A stretch of 64,000 bases of DNA from a virus. This document shows, piece after piece, positions 58,436 through 64,000 of the stretch. The position numbers and the translations under genes were made by a program. The stretch lies in the IMG/VR virus record IMGVR_UViG_3300023184_000035, positions 84,134 to 148,133 of that record; one strand, given 5' to 3'. The number at the start of each line of letters is the position of its first letter. Position 1 is the stretch's first letter. The notes below the pieces were generated by a model. It ran no database searches. It saw only the letters and a list, made by a program, of their open reading frames with translations, and had not been told where the DNA came from.

Positions 58436-59938
58436 ATGACAACTGTAGTAATCATGCCCGGGGGTTTTCACCCTTTTCACCCAGGACACTTGGCGCTGTA
58501 TCAATCAGCACAACGTGCCTTTCCTGATGCCGAAGTTTACGTGGCCGCTACCAATGACAAGAGTGACAGGCCTTTTGATATCTCAGACAAACAAAAAATT
58601 GCCTATGCCGCAGGAGTTGAACCTGGACATTTTGTTCAAGTCAAGTCGCCATTTCGTGCAGAAGAAATTGCCAGTCAGTACAATCCCAATCAGGATGTTT
58701 TGATTTTTGTGCGCAGTGACAAAGACGCCAACACACAACCTCAGGCAGGTGGAGTTAAAAAAGACGGGTCTGCCAGTTATCTGCAACCGTTGTTGGGTGC
58801 CCGACGATTGGAACCATTCAGCAAGCATGCCTACATGGCGTATTTGCCCACTGTGGAATTTGGTCCTACTGACATGACTTCTGCCACACAGATACGAGCG
58901 GCATGGCCCACGCTCACACCCAAACGTAGACTGGCCCTGGTCATGAGCTTGTATCCCAACACACAACAAGATCCAGCAGGCGCACAGGATATTGTACGCA
59001 TATTTGATCAAACCATTGGCGGGATTGATGAAGACATCAGTCGTAGAGGATTCCTACGAGGCATGGGTGCAGCAGCTGGCTTGGCCGCAGCCGGCACAGT
59101 TGGTGCACAGGAAACTTCCAAACCTAATTTTATAGCCATTGTCAAAATTGGCGATGATGTTCGACAACTTGATCTTGGAAACAAATTTAACAGTTCCCAA
59201 GAAGCCTTGGAATTTGTTGGTAACATCTTGTCCAAAAAAGGACTGCAAGGTTACACTGTGAACATTGCTCGTGGTCAACCCAAGACAAATGAGAACCAAG
59301 GCTGGGCAGCAACATTGGAATCAGACGGCATCACCACAGGAACTGGTGTCACAGGCGGCATGCATGCTGGATATCAAGATCGTTATAACCAGCCCATTGA
59401 TGAACGTGACCTTGGTTCTAAGTTGGGTAGCAAGCGTGACCAGGGCAAAAGTGTTCGCAAGTGGCGCAAAGAGCGTGGGCTTGATGAGCAAGACTACTTG
59501 GACGAAGCTCGCACTGACCCCATCCAAGCTGCCACTGTGGACTTTTATCAAAATCAAGTTGGTGATGTTGATAAAAAGCCTGTGGACAACTATCGAGAAA
59601 TTGCTAGAAAATTACTGGGGCAAACAGAAAATCCTGGCATGCGTAAGAAAATCATGGATATTCTTGTGCAAGGAAATAAAAATCCCTACATCCAAGGCGG
59701 CATCATAACCACAGTGGCTGCCATAGTAAGTGGTGGGATTTTGAGCAGTGCCAATCGAATGGGCCTTACCCCACAACAAACCAACATGATGTTGCAGGCC
59801 ATATTAAACACAGTGGTTCCCACTGTGGTGTCTAGACTCAACGGCAAGAGTTGGGCTGATACTGCCAAATACACCCTGGCCTCAGCAGGCATAGGCACAG
59901 GCATTGCTGCCATGACCGAAACAGGTCGCAAAAAATAA
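58436..59938 (+). CDS. Modular protein: HIGH-family cytidylyltransferase-like domain plus appended modules (internal Tat-like signal)
   Basis: PGGFHPFHPGH, SATQIR; after IDE at aa 199 SRRGFLRG + hydrophobic stretch. Confidence 0.8.
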   Translation: MTTVVIMPGGFHPFHPGHLALYQSAQRAFPDAEVYVAATNDKSDRPFDISDKQKIAYAAGVEPGHFVQVKSPFRAEEIASQYNPNQDVLIFVRSDKDANTQPQAGGVKKDGSASYLQPLLGARRLEPFSKHAYMAYLPTVEFGPTDMTSATQIRAAWPTLTPKRRLALVMSLYPNTQQDPAGAQDIVRIFDQTIGGIDEDISRRGFLRGMGAAAGLAAAGTVGAQETSKPNFIAIVKIGDDVRQLDLGNKFNSSQEALEFVGNILSKKGLQGYTVNIARGQPKTNENQGWAATLESDGITTGTGVTGGMHAGYQDRYNQPIDERDLGSKLGSKRDQGKSVRKWRKERGLDEQDYLDEARTDPIQAATVDFYQNQVGDVDKKPVDNYREIARKLLGQTENPGMRKKIMDILVQGNKNPYIQGGIITTVAAIVSGGILSSANRMGLTPQQTNMMLQAILNTVVPTVVSRLNGKSWADTAKYTLASAGIGTGIAAMTETGRKK

Positions 59939-59990
59939 CACCCGCTGTTATAATCTTTAAATACTAACATAATTTTTTAACGGAGAACCC

Positions 59991-60935
59991 ATGTCAGACC
60001 AAGCACCGGTGACTACTACGCCACCAACCGATCCTGTAACAACCAATCAGCAAAACATTCAAGTAAACATTGATTATTTGCGCACCACACGAGTGCATAT
60101 TTGCATGCCTTGTTATGGAGGGCAACTCACTGAGCAATGCTTCATGAGCTACATCAAATGGGCCAACTTGTGCCGTCAACTCAACATTGACTGGACAGTA
60201 GAAACCATGACCAATGAGAGCTTGATCAGTCGAGCACGTAACACGCTCACAGCCAAGTTCCTGCACACCAAAGAATCCACACACTTGATGTTTATTGACG
60301 CTGACATTGGCTGGGAACCCTGGCATTTGTTGGTGATGTTGGATGCACAAAAAGACGTCATTGGCGGATTGTACCCCATGAAATCACTGCCGGTAAAATG
60401 GTGTGTGAACGGTATCCCAGGCCTGCCCGAAGATCCCAACAGTAATCTTGTGGAAGTCACAAAGACTGGCACAGGTTTCTTGTTGATCAAACGTGACGTG
60501 TTTGACAAGTTAACTGCACACCCTGCTACCAAGCCGTTCAACAACGACATTGGCTTGCCTGAAGAACTGAACCCTCACATGAAAACCTACTTTGACACTG
60601 CTGTGCGTGAGAACCGCTACTACAGTGAAGACTGGACTTTCTGTGAAAACTGGCGCGACATTGGTGGCCAAGTGTGGGTGGACAAACGTGTGCTGTTGCG
60701 TCACGTGGGCACATACACATTTGACTATGCCACACACGAACAACTGTACAAGGACCTCAAACAGATGTTTGAACCTGGTGCTGTTACTGTAACTCCAGTG
60801 TCACCAACTCAAGCATTGCCCAACAACAAAGTCACTGAAGGGCATGACTTGGCCAAAGCACCGGCTCCTGTGCCCGAGCCTGTGGTAATGGCTTCAAGCA
60901 AGAAGAAAGCCAAGAAAGCCGCTGCCGCAGCCTAA
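59991..60935 (+). CDS. GT-A fold glycosyltransferase-like protein
   Basis: ESLISRARN, FIDADI (DxD), GTGFLLIKR, SEDW.FC. Confidence 0.8.
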   Translation: MSDQAPVTTTPPTDPVTTNQQNIQVNIDYLRTTRVHICMPCYGGQLTEQCFMSYIKWANLCRQLNIDWTVETMTNESLISRARNTLTAKFLHTKESTHLMFIDADIGWEPWHLLVMLDAQKDVIGGLYPMKSLPVKWCVNGIPGLPEDPNSNLVEVTKTGTGFLLIKRDVFDKLTAHPATKPFNNDIGLPEELNPHMKTYFDTAVRENRYYSEDWTFCENWRDIGGQVWVDKRVLLRHVGTYTFDYATHEQLYKDLKQMFEPGAVTVTPVSPTQALPNNKVTEGHDLAKAPAPVPEPVVMASSKKKAKKAAAAA

Positions 60936-60950
60936 CGGTAAATACAACTT

Positions 60951-63512
60951 ATGAACATTCATGAGTTGTCTACCTATAATCTTGCCGACGCAGTAAAGTT
61001 TCACCGCCGTCTCAATCCCAGAATCTGGGGGCGAGACGAGCATTTGCTTCCTGAAGTGCGTGAAAAATTACTCACCATTGCTGAGGACTTTCAAGAATTC
61101 TTGGGCGTTGACGATCTCAATGTTCAAGACATCACCATATCAGGCAGCAACGCAGCCTACTCCTATACAAAAAATTCTGACATTGACCTACACCTTGTGG
61201 TCGAGATGCCTGACGATCCTGTGTATCAGGAGCTGTTCACGGCAAAAAAATACCAATACAACTCTGAGCACAACATACGGATTGGTGGGGCCGAAGTAGA
61301 ACTGTATGTTCAGCCTGCAGATCAAGCGCACCACAGTCAAGGCATTTACTCGGTAAAAGACGGCGAGTGGATTCAAGTGCCGCAACGCAAACGTGCGCAG
61401 ATAGACGATACCTGTGTGCGTGACAAAACAGCAGATTTAGATTCAAGAATTCATGCTGCTGTCAAAAGTAAAAACATTGATGCCATCAGCACACTGTGGA
61501 CCAAGATTAAAACCATGCGTCAAGCAGGACTTGAACAACATGGTGAGTTTGGTTGTGAAAATATCTCTTTCAAATTGTTGCGCAACCAGGGTTGCATCCG
61601 ACTGCTTAAAGATGCGATGACTGCTGAAAAAGATCGCGGACTCAGTTTGCGTGAAACTCCTGCAAAACCATTCCGTTATGGATACGGTGCAGAAGTTGAC
61701 GAAGCCAGTCTAGCAGACATGCGATCAGCATTTGCTGCCACTGATGCCACACGCAAGCAAGAAGTGTTTCACAGTCCAGACGAATACAACAAGGTCATGA
61801 AGCAACGACAGGCCGCTGCTGATGAGCGTCAAGAAAAAATTGTAAAGATATCACGAGGCCCAGTAAAACCCTGGCCCATGGGTGTAAAAGAAGGCATGCA
61901 AAGTCAGCCTTACAGCACCAGTGATGGTGTTGCTGCCAGCACCAAACAGTTTTTAGAAGATGCAGAGTCTGATGACCAAACTCTTGTGCATGACTTTATT
62001 CAACACACTGCCATGGAACTGGGCATAGATCCCTTGCCTGAAATTCAGTTGCACACCGACCCTGAATGGAGCACACACAATCACAGTTTTGGTCGTTATG
62101 ACCCTGACACACATACGTTGAATGTCAGCATGCCCAATCGCCACATCCTGGATGTGTTGCGCACAGTGGCACATGAATTGGTGCATTGCAGTCAAAATCA
62201 ACAGCATGGTCACTTGCCTGATGATGCAGGTGAAACTGGCAGTGACTGGGAAAATGATGCCAATGCCCGAGCTGGTATCATCATGCGTGACTGGGCCAAC
62301 ACCCATCCCGAACATTTTGAATTGCCGGCTCTGCGCGAGAGTGTGAGTGATTACCAAATACACGATACTGAAAAATTGGATCGTGTGCTGGCCAAATGCT
62401 GTCAAATGATTGAACGTGGACAACAAACGGATCCTGAACGTTATGGGCAGGTGGCTGCGTGTATAATTGATCCTGATCACAACTATGTGTATGGCATCAA
62501 CTTGCCTGGCGCTGATGGCCGACGCCGACATGCTGAACGTGTGGCCATAGACCGATATCGTAAAACACATGGTGATGTTCCTGAAGGCAGTATTGTGGTC
62601 ACCACACTGAGTCCTTGCAATGCACCCATGGATGAACGTGCAGGGAAGAGTTGCAAAGACCTGTTGAATTCAGTGGGCATACACAAAGTGTATTGTGGAT
62701 ACATTGACCCTACTCAGCATGACGATGCCGACGCTGACTTCACTGTGGGGCTCACACAAAATGATGAGTTATGGGAAGCATGCAAAGCATTTGCTGACAC
62801 ATTCCTGCATGAAGATGAGCTAGAAGAAGGTTGGCGCAGTGCATTGGCCGGAGCCGCTGCCGCAGGTGCCATGGCATTTACACCAGCACCAGCCAACTCC
62901 ACAGCCGCACCTGCATTAAATCCCGCAGCACAACCCGCTGCCGTTCAACAAGTACAACAGACTGGGCCACAAGCTGCATTGACCAAAGCCGCACAGGCAG
63001 CAGGCATCAAAGGTACAGAACTGGCGCAGTTCATGGCACAATGTGAACATGAGAGTGGTAACTTTGCACACCTGGAAGAACTGGGCGGTAAAAATTATCT
63101 TGCCAAGTACGATCTCACAGTGAATCCTGCCAAGGCCAAGGCCCTGGGCAACACTCAAGCCGGAGACGGTGCCAAATACAAAGGACGTGGGTTTATACAG
63201 ATCACAGGCAAAGCCAACTATGCCAGTGCTGGACAGGCCCTGGGCATAGACCTAGTGAGCAATCCTGAGCTGGCTGCCAAACCTGACGTGGCTGCCAAAG
63301 TTGCTGTGTGGTACTGGCAGAATCGTGTGAAACCGTATGTGCAAGACTTTAGTGACACACGTGGGGTTACCAAACGCATCAATCCTGGCTTGCAAGGCTT
63401 GCAAGACCGAGTGGACAACTTCAAAGATTATCAACAACAAACAGCCACTGTGGCTGCACCACCAGCTAGAGTGGCAGCCGCACCACAGGCTCAACCAGGA
63501 CCAGCAGCATGA
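60951..63512 (+). CDS. Multidomain protein: Pol-beta-type nucleotidyltransferase + zincin + Zn-deaminase + GH19 lysozyme
   Basis: GSNA.Y.Y…SDIDLH…ELYVQ; AHELVH…END; HAE…SPC…C; AQCEHESG…GRGFIQITG..NY…TKRIN. Confidence 0.85.
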   Translation: MNIHELSTYNLADAVKFHRRLNPRIWGRDEHLLPEVREKLLTIAEDFQEFLGVDDLNVQDITISGSNAAYSYTKNSDIDLHLVVEMPDDPVYQELFTAKKYQYNSEHNIRIGGAEVELYVQPADQAHHSQGIYSVKDGEWIQVPQRKRAQIDDTCVRDKTADLDSRIHAAVKSKNIDAISTLWTKIKTMRQAGLEQHGEFGCENISFKLLRNQGCIRLLKDAMTAEKDRGLSLRETPAKPFRYGYGAEVDEASLADMRSAFAATDATRKQEVFHSPDEYNKVMKQRQAAADERQEKIVKISRGPVKPWPMGVKEGMQSQPYSTSDGVAASTKQFLEDAESDDQTLVHDFIQHTAMELGIDPLPEIQLHTDPEWSTHNHSFGRYDPDTHTLNVSMPNRHILDVLRTVAHELVHCSQNQQHGHLPDDAGETGSDWENDANARAGIIMRDWANTHPEHFELPALRESVSDYQIHDTEKLDRVLAKCCQMIERGQQTDPERYGQVAACIIDPDHNYVYGINLPGADGRRRHAERVAIDRYRKTHGDVPEGSIVVTTLSPCNAPMDERAGKSCKDLLNSVGIHKVYCGYIDPTQHDDADADFTVGLTQNDELWEACKAFADTFLHEDELEEGWRSALAGAAAAGAMAFTPAPANSTAAPALNPAAQPAAVQQVQQTGPQAALTKAAQAAGIKGTELAQFMAQCEHESGNFAHLEELGGKNYLAKYDLTVNPAKAKALGNTQAGDGAKYKGRGFIQITGKANYASAGQALGIDLVSNPELAAKPDVAAKVAVWYWQNRVKPYVQDFSDTRGVTKRINPGLQGLQDRVDNFKDYQQQTATVAAPPARVAAAPQAQPGPAA

Positions 63513-64000
63513 GAGCACATGAATTTTTACGTGAAGATGTTGAGAATTTTCCCATTGCCAATGTACGTAGACCCAATGGTGCCATTGGCAACCAAGGTGT
63601 GAACACGGAGCAAGCAGCCGATGTGTTGACTCATGCTGCCGGCATGCAGGTATCGCCAGACTGGACCATGCGACAGTTAGTGGATGCGCTACGGGCTGAT
63701 CCTGCGGCACAACAACGTCTGCGACAATTTGTGCAAAAAAATCCCATCACAGTGTCTGCCCTACCAGATGGTTCATATCATTTGCTGGATGGCCATCACA
63801 GAACATTTTTGCTGAACCTGCTGGGCGATGAAACAGTGCCTGCTATTGTTAAAGAAGGTGTGGCGGAAGGCTTGACAGAAGCAGCCATGTCTAACGCTGT
63901 AACATTTTTTAGAGGTGAGCCAATACTTTCACAAGAAAGATTAAATCAATTAAAATCAAGCATAGGCAAACCTTACCCTATACTAAGGAAAGAAGGATCA
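63509..64000 (+). CDS. Partial modular protein with ParB/Srx-like domain (3' truncated)
   Basis: MRAHEFLRE N-terminus; PITV…LLDGHHR…VPAIV; then KEGVAEGLTE linker; frame open to window end. Confidence 0.75.
   Translation, partial: MRAHEFLREDVENFPIANVRRPNGAIGNQGVNTEQAADVLTHAAGMQVSPDWTMRQLVDALRADPAAQQRLRQFVQKNPITVSALPDGSYHLLDGHHRTFLLNLLGDETVPAIVKEGVAEGLTEAAMSNAVTFFRGEPILSQERLNQLKSSIGKPYPILRKEGS

Noticed and set aside
1-64000. Stop-codon reassignment as in some large phages
   Set aside because: Known genes are full length in code 11, and TAA, TGA and TAG all terminate tightly packed ORFs.

Overview
This is 64 kb of a large dsDNA tailed phage genome (T4-like/jumbo-type architecture, standard genetic code, densely coding, mostly + strand). 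The host is probably a Gram-negative proteobacterium, judging from spanin-like genes and proteobacterial-type IF-1 and ErpA. Layout: 1-12.7 kb early/accessory genes (consensus sigma70 promoters, radical SAM, NadE, SleB hydrolase, a tandem 'LRW' paralog array, IF-1, SOD, ErpA); 12.8-24.6 kb and 32.4-42.7 kb tail fibre/baseplate genes; 24.6-32.4 kb replication/chaperone genes (DnaE-like fragment, GroES, clamp loader, HAD nucleotidase, PhoH); 42.7-46.1 kb a small modification-enzyme cluster; 46-53.6 kb lysis/membrane genes plus a secreted alpha-carbonic anhydrase; 53.6-64 kb DnaJ, ClpA, a glycosyltransferase and multi-module proteins. The best candidate for an undescribed system is a set of putative capsid-packaged polyproteins. 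Several start with T4 capsid-targeting-like N-termini (M...[IL]xE), and their enzyme modules (nucleotidyltransferases, zincin, deaminase, GH19 lysozyme, ParB-like) are separated by [ILVM]xE motifs. In two of them a complete Tat-like or Sec-like signal peptide lies internally, right after such a site, so prohead-protease cleavage could unmask export signals for use after injection. Other leads: apparently leaderless late transcripts from a TAAATA motif (including one palindromic hexamer serving two divergent genes), a ~320-nt structured-RNA candidate upstream of sleB, and a partial phosphoramidate (MeOPN)-like enzyme cluster. All functional calls come from motifs recognised by eye; no searches were run.
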